Origin: a virus
Lineage: Duplodnaviria > Heunggongvirae > Uroviricota > Caudoviricetes
IMG/VR virus record: IMGVR_UViG_3300000301_000085
DNA length: 19,785 nucleotides
Reading direction: 5' to 3' (one strand)
This document shows positions 9,065 to 16,807 of the stretch, piece by piece. Under the pieces are notes generated by a model that was not told the origin of the DNA, ran no database searches, and saw only the letters and a list, made by a program, of their open reading frames with translations. How positions within the stretch are numbered: the stretch's first letter is position 1; every line of letters begins with the position of its first letter. The position numbers and the translations under genes are program-made.

Positions 9065-9729
9065 GCAGCCATCTCCCCGGAAGAGATCTTCTCCGCATAT
9101 GCCACAAATGCGTCTACCCCGCTTTCTCCCGTCATTTCTTCCATATGGGCAAGCAAATCACCAACAACAATGGCAGAGCCAGCAGGGAGCGTTTTAAAGC
9201 CCAATACGTCGACAACACGTACTTCTTCCGCTGCAACTTCACGACTGATCTCGGTGTGTTCATCCTTCTGTCGTTTAGTTTCTTCGCCAAGATCGATAAC
9301 TAGCGAGTCGGTGTCCATTTCTTCTGTCATACTGCCAACGAGAACATTCAACTCACGCTCTTCAAAGCCGAAAACCTCGATATCGTCCAGAACAAGCGAC
9401 TCAAGCTCTTTCTGTAGCTTAATTGCATCGTAATCAATGCTGGCAAGTCGGTTATCTTCAAGGCGCTTCGCACGAACCTCGTCATCACTGAGATCATCGC
9501 GAACAATAACCGGTACGCGCTCAAGTCCAGCAAAAATTGCAGCCTCACGGCGGCCGTGGCCAGTAATAATTACGTCGTTCTTATCGACCGTAATTGGCTG
9601 GTCAAATCCGCGCTTTTTAATGGCTGCGGCCAGATCTCTGATCTGCTGTTCATCATGCTTTTTGGCATTCATCTCATAGGGAATAAGATCTGCCGGGTCG
9701 CGATATACGATTTCAAACTTTTTGGTCAT
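9061..9729 (-). CDS. ParB/Srx-like N-terminal-domain protein (paralog 2)
   Basis: ITGHGRREAA (GxxRxxA ParB box); ATG at 9729-9727 overlaps the upstream stop (TAATG). Confidence 0.75.
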   Translation of the reverse strand: MTKKFEIVYRDPADLIPYEMNAKKHDEQQIRDLAAAIKKRGFDQPITVDKNDVIITGHGRREAAIFAGLERVPVIVRDDLSDDEVRAKRLEDNRLASIDYDAIKLQKELESLVLDDIEVFGFEERELNVLVGSMTEEMDTDSLVIDLGEETKRQKDEHTEISREVAAEEVRVVDVLGFKTLPAGSAIVVGDLLAHMEEMTGESGVDAFVAYAEKISSGEMAA

Positions 9730-10409
9730 TACATACGCTCCTTGTAGTAGTCGACCAGCCACACCAGAGCCTCACCAGCGTTCTCCATTTCATTACCGGT
9801 GTTAATAGCCTGCTCTTTGATGATGTTTTTTATGGTTTCTGCAACACGATCTGACGCATCGAAAGTTACTTTGAAGCGCATGGTCTGATGTTCCGCACCC
9901 ACACGTTCGGTTTTCTCTCGTTTGTCGGTATCGACAGGCTCATCACTACCACGAGACAACGCCTCCAGTGCTTCAAGGTCGATTGCCGCCTCTTTTGCTA
10001 AAACCATCGAGATTTCGTCGTCATACGGAGCGATTTCAGACAGTTGATAGTCAAGTTCTGACTGAATTTCTTCAATGAAGCGTTGCAATGCGATTTGGTC
10101 GTCTTCACCGTATCGCTCGTTGTCCACCAGTGACATCTGTTTAGCTACGACATCGCTAATTTTGCCCACAGAAAGCACCGGAACCGTTGAAATTCCTTGC
10201 TCAATAGCAGCACGCCAGCGATGTTCACCGCCGAGGATTTCAAAAAATCCATCTTCAAGTTCACGAGCCAAAATTGGCTTAAAAAAGCCCAATTTTTCGA
10301 TAGAACCTTTCAGTTTTTCAAAATTCTGCGCACCAACCGAATTGGTGTTCCAGGTATTCGGGCGAAGGTTGGCAACATCAACCTGCAAAATCGTGATTTT
10401 TACATCCAT
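9729..10409 (-). CDS. ParB/Srx-like N-terminal-domain protein (paralog 1)
   Basis: ILGGEHRWRAA ParB box; ATG 10409 preferred over GTG 10427; first gene of the leftward operon. Confidence 0.75.
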   Translation of the reverse strand: MDVKITILQVDVANLRPNTWNTNSVGAQNFEKLKGSIEKLGFFKPILARELEDGFFEILGGEHRWRAAIEQGISTVPVLSVGKISDVVAKQMSLVDNERYGEDDQIALQRFIEEIQSELDYQLSEIAPYDDEISMVLAKEAAIDLEALEALSRGSDEPVDTDKREKTERVGAEHQTMRFKVTFDASDRVAETIKNIIKEQAINTGNEMENAGEALVWLVDYYKERM

Positions 10410-10491
10410 TTTATTGCTACAATCCACTAAGTAATCACTTACTTATTATAATAGCCAAATAACATACAAAAGGCACTAAGGAAAGAGGTTT
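10410..10491. promoter_or_regulatory. divergent promoter region with palindromic operator-like site
   Basis: TATAAT at 10447-10452, palindromic with its minus-strand counterpart; inverted repeat TAAGTAA-TCAC-TTACTTA at 10428-10445; AAGGAAAGAGG SD before ATG 10492. Confidence 0.5.
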
Positions 10492-12131
10492 ATGACTGTT
10501 CGGATTGTATCTAACGCAGTAAATGCGCTTATTTCTGGCGCAGATGACAAGGTAAAGCAACTGGTGCAGCAAATGTTGAGCTACGAAGTCGAGACTGGCG
10601 ACTGGAAGGGCACAAGCACGATGTTCAACTGGAGTAAAAACTCGTTCCCTGCTGGCTTTGCCAAGCCTGTAGCGGCGAACTTGAACAAGGCGGGCATCAA
10701 ATGTGTTCATATCCGCAAAGACAAAGCCCCGGCGCTTGGTAAACCAAATCCGGCGGTTAACCCATTCCCATACAATCCTGATTATGCATATCAGGATCAG
10801 ACTGTGGAAACACTGGTTCGAGAGGGAATGATGATTGCGCAGATCGCTACTGGTGGCGGGAAATCTAACGTTGCCTGCAAAGCAGCTGCACGTATCGGTC
10901 GAATGACATTATTTTTAACAACCCGCTCTGTTCTGATGTTTCAAATGGCCGAAAACTTCCAGAGATCCATCGACTACCGCGCCGAAAATGGCGAACCGTG
11001 GTTAAAAGACCAAAAGGTTGGAGTCATTGGCTCGGGTGAGTTCCAGGTATCACGACATATCAACGTCGCTACAGTTCAAACTCTGGCAAGTTTCCTTGAA
11101 GAACCACCACGCGATGCAACACCAGATAAAAAGAGCTACCACCTCAAACGTCGGGAGCTAGTGAAACGCTTCCTTTCAAGTGTGTCTCTGCTTATTCTGG
11201 AAGAAGCGCATGAGTCTTCAGGCTCTAATTTCTATGACATTGCCAGATTATGTGTGAACGCAGACTATCGTCTGGCGCTTACGGCCACGCCGTTCATGAA
11301 GGATTCTACAGAAGCCAACATGCGTCTGATGGCTGTGGCCGGTCGAATTGAAATTAAAGTCACAGAAAAGTACCTGATTGATCGAGGCATTCTGGCAAAA
11401 CCGTACTTCCTTTATCATAAAGTTGCTTACAAGCCAGACGAGGTCAGAATCAAGGCGGAACTTGCCAACAAACACCTTAATTTTAGAGTTGGTATGAGCA
11501 CCGCCTACCAAAAGGCTTATCAGTTGGGGATCGTGTATAATTTGGGACGTAACNNNNNNNNNNNNNNNNNNNNNNNNNNNNNNNNNNNNNNNNNNNNNNN
11601 NNNNNNNNNNNNNNNNNNNNNNNNNNNNNNNNNNAGGCCATAGTGCGCGAGGCATTGCTTTATAAGCAACATTCACTCAACTGCATGACTCTGGTTCGTC
11701 TTAAACGCCACGGGCAAATCCTGATGGAGATGATGAAGGAGTCAGGTCTTAAAGTTGATTTCATCTATGGGGAATCTAACCAGACGACAAGGCAAGCAAA
11801 GCTGAATAGTTTAGCGTCTGGTGAAATAGATGTTTTAATAGGCTCGACTATTCTGGATGTTGGTGTTGATGTGCCAAGCGTTGGTGCGGTCATTCTTGCT
11901 GGTGGTGGGAAAGCAGAAGTTGAAATGAGACAGCGTGTCGGTCGTGGCTTACGAGCCAAAAAAAATCAGGCAAACGTGTGTTTTATCACTGATTTCATTG
12001 ACATTAGCAACAAATACCTGTTGTCTCACTCTTATGAGCGAAAACACATCATCGACACCACACCTGGCTTTGCAGAAGGTGTATTGCCTATTGATGGAGC
12101 ATTCGATTTTGGAGTTCTGAAACGAGATTAG
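10492..12131 (+). CDS. superfamily-2 (DEAD/DEAH-like) helicase; two ORF segments across masked 11554-11634
   Basis: Motif I IATGGGKS; motif II LILEEAHES; motif III LALTATPF; C-terminal motif VI QRVGRGLR; ~110-aa N-terminal extension. Confidence 0.8.
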
Positions 12132-12133
12132 TT

Positions 12134-12412
12134 ATGAGTGAAAAGAAAACAACTTACTGTCAGGTAGCATTGTCTGATAAGGCCAATGACAAACTTGGAA
12201 AGTTTCAAGTGAAACTAAAAGAAAAAAATATCAAAATGTCTAAGGCTGAAGTCATAAATACCATTCTGGAACAATTGACAATGGCCGACTTTGACAAGGT
12301 TATATCTTCTGTCGGGGCTTCCGCTAAGACTCGTGAGAAAATCATGCGTATCTATGAGAACTCTAATATGACAAAGGAAGATCTCGAAACGCTATTAAGC
12401 AGATTAAAATAA
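12134..12412 (+). CDS. small protein, possible ribbon-helix-helix DNA binder
   Basis: 92 aa; starts 3 nt after helicase stop; N-terminal beta-strand then two helices (TTYCQVALSDKANDKLGKFQVKLKEKNIKMSKAEVINTILEQL). Confidence 0.45.
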   Translation: MSEKKTTYCQVALSDKANDKLGKFQVKLKEKNIKMSKAEVINTILEQLTMADFDKVISSVGASAKTREKIMRIYENSNMTKEDLETLLSRLK

Positions 12413-12438
12413 TCACGCTATCAATTAGGGAGACAAAG

Positions 12439-12873
12439 ATGAAGTCTCCCATACTGTTCACTTTCTGTTCTAAAACTAACATGAAATACTCGCTTCTCCC
12501 TCTACTAACGTTACCAGTGTTGATGCTTACCGCGTGCCAATCACGTCCAATATCAATCCATGACGCCAAACCAGCACCGCAGGCCAAAGTGTTCAAGTAT
12601 CAAAGCGCAGCGCCAGCTACGTTGGTGGTAATGAGAGACACAGGTTTTGTAGGAGCTGGATGTGATGCTTCCATTTTCATCAATGGCGAAACTGTCGCAA
12701 AACTGGCTACAGGCGAAAAAGCGACTTTTCATTTAAATGCCGGAGAANNNNNNNNNNNNNNNNNNNNNNNNNNNNNNNNNNNNNNNNNNNNNNNNNNNNN
12801 NNNNNNNNNNNNNNNNNNNNNNNNNNNNNNNNNNNNNNNNNNNCTCTTGAAGGTGCAGGTTTATGTGCTCTAA
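12439..12873 (+). CDS. putative lipoprotein (3' end uncertain, masked 12748-12843)
   Basis: GGGAGA SD; hydrophobic signal with lipobox-like LTAC then Cys (MKYSLLPLLTLPVLMLTAC); alternative start at 12481. Confidence 0.55.
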   Translation: MKSPILFTFCSKTNMKYSLLPLLTLPVLMLTACQSRPISIHDAKPAPQAKVFKYQSAAPATLVVMRDTGFVGAGCDASIFINGETVAKLATGEKATFHLNAGEXXXXXXXXXXXXXXXXXXXXXXXXXXXXXXXXLLKVQVYVL

Positions 12874-12909
12874 ACCCCGCTCGTCAAGAGCGAGAAACGA
12901 CTCTGAAGA

Positions 12910-13440
12910 ATGGAGACACAAAAGCGTTCAGGGTGTTCACCAGCAATTCTGGTGACATCGACATTCTGCCAACAACTCTGTGATGACATGACAACCAAAG
13001 ATATTACCTACGGTATCCAAGCTGAACTCTGGCCGCGAGATTACACTAACGTTGAAAAANNNNNNNNNNNNNNNNNNNNNNNNNNNNNNNNNNNNNNNNN
13101 NNNNNNNNNNNNNNNNNNNNNNNNNNNNNNNNNNNNNNNNNNNNNNNNNNNNNNNNNNNNACAAATTCCTGTAAGGGTCACTCTCGAAGATGGCCAGGCG
13201 TTTTGCATGTACGTTTATGGCCTCATGCCATCTCGTAACAAAGTTGACCTTTGCCCAGCCCCTTTTGACAAAGAAAATCGTATAAGGCTCCCACTTGAAC
13301 GCATTAGTACAATTGAATCAGGTGTGGTTGANNNNNNNNNNNNNNNNNNNNNNNNNNNNNNNNNNNNNNNNNNNNNNNNNNNNNNNNNNNNNNNNNNNNN
13401 NNNNNNNNNNNNNNNNNNNNNNNNNTCAAAGGTCGACTAA
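12910..13440 (+). CDS. hypothetical protein(s); two masked segments, continuity unproven
   Basis: Open frame through masks 13060-13160 and 13332-13425; no recognisable motif; weak SD. Confidence 0.3.
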   Translation: METQKRSGCSPAILVTSTFCQQLCDDMTTKDITYGIQAELWPRDYTNVEKXXXXXXXXXXXXXXXXXXXXXXXXXXXXXXXXXXQIPVRVTLEDGQAFCMYVYGLMPSRNKVDLCPAPFDKENRIRLPLERISTIESGVVXXXXXXXXXXXXXXXXXXXXXXXXXXXXXXXXSKVD

Positions 13441-13539
13441 CAGTTCACCCTGATTATGTCGATAATCGGCCATCACGCCGCGATTTTTTTGCAATTTGCA
13501 ACCAAGCCTACAAAGCAAACAAATCTATAAGGGTGTACA

Positions 13540-13668
13540 TGGCGGATGGCCGTGAAATTGAGGGGGTGTCAGCAGGCGCAGATGCTTGTCAGGTTACACT
13601 ACGTGTCGAGAACGGTAGAAAAATAGTTGTTTTGTTCGATTGGGTTGAACGAATTTTGCCTTTTTGAG
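13540..13668 (+). CDS. small hypothetical protein (42 aa)
   Basis: AAGGGTG SD; ATG 13540; stop 3 nt before the next start; below the ORF-track size cutoff. Confidence 0.3.
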
Positions 13669-13670
13669 TT

Positions 13671-13979
13671 ATGAAATCGATATTGTTACCACCATTATTT
13701 TTACTTTGCTCAGTTGCGGCAAATGCAATGGACTATAAGCCTGTCATTCAGTCGCTGATGAATGACGTGTGCTCAACGTCTCAGAATGTATCAGTTTGCA
13801 TGTATCAATTTTCGGCAGCCGTAAAAGCAGGAAAAGCGATAGGTGAGAGTGTGGAACTGTGTAAGAAAGTGGCAAATGAAGAACGGGCAATGTTGGATTG
13901 CGAATCTAGCGAGTCATCGGCACAGTTCGTTGATGCGCTATTTGACACCAATCGTAAGGCTGTAGAGTCTGTTCAATAA
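13671..13979 (+). CDS. small secreted (periplasmic) protein, four Cys in mature part
   Basis: Signal peptide MKSILLPPLFLLCSVAANA with AxA cleavage motif; followed by a terminator. Confidence 0.55.
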   Translation: MKSILLPPLFLLCSVAANAMDYKPVIQSLMNDVCSTSQNVSVCMYQFSAAVKAGKAIGESVELCKKVANEERAMLDCESSESSAQFVDALFDTNRKAVESVQ

Positions 13980-13991
13980 ATCTATAAGGTT

Positions 13992-14022
13992 AATAACCGG
14001 CTAAGTCCGGTTATTATTTTTC
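13992..14022 (+). terminator. intrinsic terminator
   Basis: AATAACCGG-CTAAGT-CCGGTTATT followed by ATTTTT. Confidence 0.65.
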
Positions 14023-14147
14023 ACATCACTTCTTTATATCTATAAATCAAATAACCTAAATATATATAAGGTCTAAAGCCGGAATCGATTATTTATTTAG
14101 GGAACACCTTCGACGATCTCGCTTTTATTTCTAGGACTTTCATCCCT

Positions 14148-14204
14148 GCAAAAAATTTAAAAAAAACACTTGCAATCTTTTTTCGCATATCGATAATTGA
14201 ACTC
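14148..14204 (+). promoter_or_regulatory. strong sigma70-type promoter with upstream A-tract
   Basis: -35 TTGCAA (14170-14175), 16-nt spacer, -10 GATAAT (14192-14197); A-tract AAAAAATTTAAAAAAAA upstream (UP-element-like). Confidence 0.6.
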
Positions 14205-14262
14205 GTCGAAAGCGAAGACACTAACGACAATAAATTTTAAATTTACATAAGGAAAAATTATC

Positions 14263-14913
14263 ATGGCTAACATTATCATTTCTAAAAAATCCATCGTTGA
14301 AGCTGCTTCCATTGTATCCGATGAACTGCGCGAAAAAGCAGATCTGGCAACTCAAACATATAACGAACATTATAAAAATGGTACGCACACTAAAGCAGAC
14401 AAAGCAAATATGCAAGCTGCGACCACTAAACTTGCTTACTTCATCAACAACGTTGTAAACGCTGTAGAAGACGAAAAATTATGCTCTGTTTTCTACTATG
14501 CGATTAAAGCAAGCAAACAAGCGCCAGAAGTATTTTTCCGTGATGCAATGACTAATAGTTATTCTCTGGAAAAACTGGTTTATCTGGTTAAATCCATTAA
14601 AGCTGGCAAATGTGTTTATTCCGTCGCTGATATGTCAGGATCTCGTGTATTCGCTTTAATCGATATGATTAACGACGAGATCGACACGTTCACCAATGGC
14701 GCTGTTTTCGATTTAATGAATGAAGCTAAAAAAGCGTGTGAAATTAAATTGGACGCTGGCTATACTCAAGCCAACCAGTTGATCAATCTTTGCGAACGTC
14801 TTGGACTTGTTGAAAAAGTCAAAGGAGCTGGGAGCGCGAAAGCTGGTACTCAGCAATATCGCTTCATTAAAAATGATTTCTACAATTATTTAGCTGATGC
14901 TTTCAAAGCGTAA
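14263..14913 (+). CDS. hypothetical protein (216 aa), predicted to be highly expressed
   Basis: TAAGGAA SD 8 nt before ATG; AT-rich but uses host-preferred codons (GCT, GAA, AAA, ATC, TTC, CGT/CGC); no recognisable catalytic motif. Confidence 0.7.
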   Translation: MANIIISKKSIVEAASIVSDELREKADLATQTYNEHYKNGTHTKADKANMQAATTKLAYFINNVVNAVEDEKLCSVFYYAIKASKQAPEVFFRDAMTNSYSLEKLVYLVKSIKAGKCVYSVADMSGSRVFALIDMINDEIDTFTNGAVFDLMNEAKKACEIKLDAGYTQANQLINLCERLGLVEKVKGAGSAKAGTQQYRFIKNDFYNYLADAFKA

Positions 14914-14925
14914 TTAATGGAATCA

Positions 14926-14944
14926 AGCGCCCACTATGGGCGCT
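14926..14944 (+). promoter_or_regulatory. intergenic hairpin (attenuator-like), no U-tract
   Basis: AGCGCCCA-CTA-TGGGCGCT directly after stop 14913 and before SD AAGGAG; a second copy (right arm TGGGCGCTTTTTT) emerges from the mask at 15520-15535. Confidence 0.4.
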
Positions 14945-14961
14945 TTAAAGGAGCTTTAAAG

Positions 14962-15165
14962 ATGGTCAGCTATGACAAGATCCGCGCGGAATATCGCGCA
15001 AAGTATCGCGCTTATAAACTGGAATTAATCGATGATTTGATCGCGCAACGCGACCAATTAAATTTTACGTTTTCTGATTTGCTTAACAGCAAGCGAGATT
15101 GCAAGCGCAAACGTGAATACTTACGTTTAAGCGCATTAATCGGAAAACTTCAAAATTCTATTTGA
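14962..15165 (+). CDS. small basic protein (67 aa)
   Basis: AAGGAG SD 9 nt before ATG 14962 (ORF-track start 14917 lacks an SD); K/R-rich, helical. Confidence 0.5.
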   Translation: MVSYDKIRAEYRAKYRAYKLELIDDLIAQRDQLNFTFSDLLNSKRDCKRKREYLRLSALIGKLQNSI

Positions 15166-15186
15166 TTTTTTTTAAGGAGCTTAATC

Positions 15187-15567
15187 ATGTTTGTTCTTAT
15201 CGCTGGCGTTAACGTCCATAATGAATATTATGTTAATCGCATCGCTGGGATAGCTGGTTACGCTGGGCGCTCAGTCGAGTTTATCGATGAAACAACGCGT
15301 AAAATTGATTTATTGAGCGACCAGGAGCGAAAAAAAGCAGACGTGAACGACGCTGATATATTTTTAATGTTAAAAGCGTTTGTAGAAATGGGATTTAAAA
15401 TCAGTTTACACAAATNNNNNNNNNNNNNNNNNNNNNNNNNNNNNNNNNNNNNNNNNNNNNNNNNNNNNNNNNNNNNNNNNNNNNNNNNNNNNNNNNNNNN
15501 NNNNNNNNNNNNNNNNNNNATGGGCGCTTTTTTCGTTTCCAATACTCCCACCATAACGCGCCAATGA
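15187..15567 (+). CDS. hypothetical protein (3' end uncertain, masked 15416-15519)
   Basis: TAAGGAG SD before ATG 15187; N-terminal 76 aa readable; the post-mask tail may be out of frame. Confidence 0.45.
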   Translation: MFVLIAGVNVHNEYYVNRIAGIAGYAGRSVEFIDETTRKIDLLSDQERKKADVNDADIFLMLKAFVEMGFKISLHKXXXXXXXXXXXXXXXXXXXXXXXXXXXXXXXXXXXMGAFFVSNTPTITRQ

Positions 15568-15584
15568 TGGCGCGTTTTTTATTG
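15555..15584 (+). terminator. intrinsic terminator
   Basis: AACGCGCCA-ATGA-TGGCGCGTT followed by TTTTTTATTG. Confidence 0.6.
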
Positions 15585-15829
15585 TCTTTAACTCACTCCA
15601 ACAACATAAAAATAAGCGCCCAAATAACGCCATAGACGCGCTTTTATATCCTTACCAGTACATACCCATTACTTAACACATTAACGCGCTTAAAACGCGT
15701 TATATTGCGCTATAACGTATGGCTAATCATTGGCTTTTATTCTTGCTATGTGATCCGTGTTTATTTGTCGGCGCGGATCGGCATTTTGTGTTGTTCTGTA
15801 TCCGCTCGCGTATTATGTGCGCGTGATTT

Positions 15830-15872
15830 TTCACATAATCACACCACTTAATCACGTATGTGATTACGCTAC
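15830..15872. promoter_or_regulatory. cluster of TAATCAC/GTGATTA half-sites (operator-like palindromes)
   Basis: GTGATTTTTCACATAATCACACCACTTAATCACGTATGTGATTACGC; TAATCAC-N4-GTGATTA inverted repeat. Confidence 0.35.
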
Positions 15873-15994
15873 GAAAGAAATCTGGATGTCTCAGGTGACG
15901 AAAGTCATCATAATTTTCCCCGCTCACCTGTCCGACAACCGCTGGTTGGATTCCACCAGCTTCCCGATGTTTTTTCTACATAAAGGCGAATGCA

Positions 15995-16108
15995 GCCGTT
16001 TCCCGAAAAAATCCTGGCCGTTTCCCGTCGGCTCATGAATACGTTCCTCGCCGTTTCTGAAAATTTCCCTGCGGCAGCTGGTGGCTATAGAGAAAGGGCC
16101 GTTTCTGG
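15995..16108. repeat. four direct copies of CCGTTTC(C/T) (iteron-like)
   Basis: Copies at 15995, 16018, 16051 and 16099, in noncoding DNA between convergent transcription units. Confidence 0.35.
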
Positions 16109-16111
16109 CCC
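16096..16111 (-). terminator. terminator-like hairpin after gene 16121..16603
   Basis: GGGCC-GTTTCT-GGCCC; the minus transcript continues UUUCUCUAUAG. Confidence 0.4.
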
Positions 16112-16120
16112 TATTCTCAG

Positions 16121-16603
16121 TTACACGCCATCAAGGATGTGGATGCGGTTGCTTGCGTATACATTCAGCATAAAGTTAGCGCAAAACAGTTTCCATGTGT
16201 CAACGCCAGCGGTATACGTAATGTTTTTGCATTTAATCGCATTGTTGGCGATCCGCATCCCCTGCGATACTGCTTCATCGTCGGAAAATTTGAACGACGA
16301 TTGAGTTTTAATCCAGACAGAAATCTGCGTAGCGAACTCAATCAGCTTGGACTGGCAGAATCGCCCGGAGCGCACCGGAAAGACGAACGTTCCGAACCCA
16401 GAATTTACCACATACGCTTTCTCAAATACCCGCGAGTAACGACGATTGCCAATGATGTCGCGTGCAATAATGCATTTTTCTTGTGCTGACAGTTCTACCG
16501 TCTCATTGTCGCGCCATGCACCAAGTACTCGTTTTTCAATGTCAGAGAACGTTACAGCGATATTGCCATGTGCGGGTGCGTTTACAGTAGCGATAAAATT
16601 CAT
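16121..16603 (-). CDS. hypothetical protein (160 aa)
   Basis: AAGGAA SD before ATG 16603; own promoter/operator element upstream. Confidence 0.6.
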   Translation of the reverse strand: MNFIATVNAPAHGNIAVTFSDIEKRVLGAWRDNETVELSAQEKCIIARDIIGNRRYSRVFEKAYVVNSGFGTFVFPVRSGRFCQSKLIEFATQISVWIKTQSSFKFSDDEAVSQGMRIANNAIKCKNITYTAGVDTWKLFCANFMLNVYASNRIHILDGV

Positions 16604-16675
16604 GATTAATTCCTTATCGTAAATAACAAATTGTTTTCTTGTTGGTGTTAATTATCGTTGTACGAATAAGGCGTC
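16604..16675 (-). promoter_or_regulatory. cassette promoter plus AACAAaTTGTT palindrome (element E1)
   Basis: Minus strand TTGACG...GATAAT then AAAACAATTTGTTAT then SD; about 35 nt near-identical to E2 and E5. Confidence 0.5.
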
Positions 16676-16780
16676 AAAGTGGAAAGTTGCGGTAGCCGGA
16701 CGGGAACAGGTGGGTTTGTCGGTTGCCTGGAGGTAAGAGGTTGGTGTTTTTAGCCTGCGGGAAACAGGATGGTCATTTAA

Positions 16781-16800
16781 GGCCACCAGCATTGGTGGCC
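16781..16800 (-). terminator. conserved GC-rich hairpin 8 nt after the stop (terminator-like, weak U-tract)
   Basis: GGCCACCA-GCAT-TGGTGGCC. Confidence 0.4.
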
Positions 16801-16807
16801 TTAATCT

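Noticed and set aside
8855-9433. 192-aa plus-strand ORF
   Set aside because: Antisense to the ParB-like and ATPase genes; S/T/R-rich low-complexity translation typical of antisense reading.
10435-11676. Minus-strand ORFs 10435-10710 and 11248-11676
   Set aside because: Both overlap the helicase on the opposite strand; the helicase has clear SF2 motifs.
15727-16304. ORFs 15727-15927 (minus), 15757-16038 and 15990-16304 (plus)
   Set aside because: Non-ATG (GTG) starts, no SD, and they overlap the palindromes, direct repeats and terminators; the region is more likely noncoding regulatory DNA.
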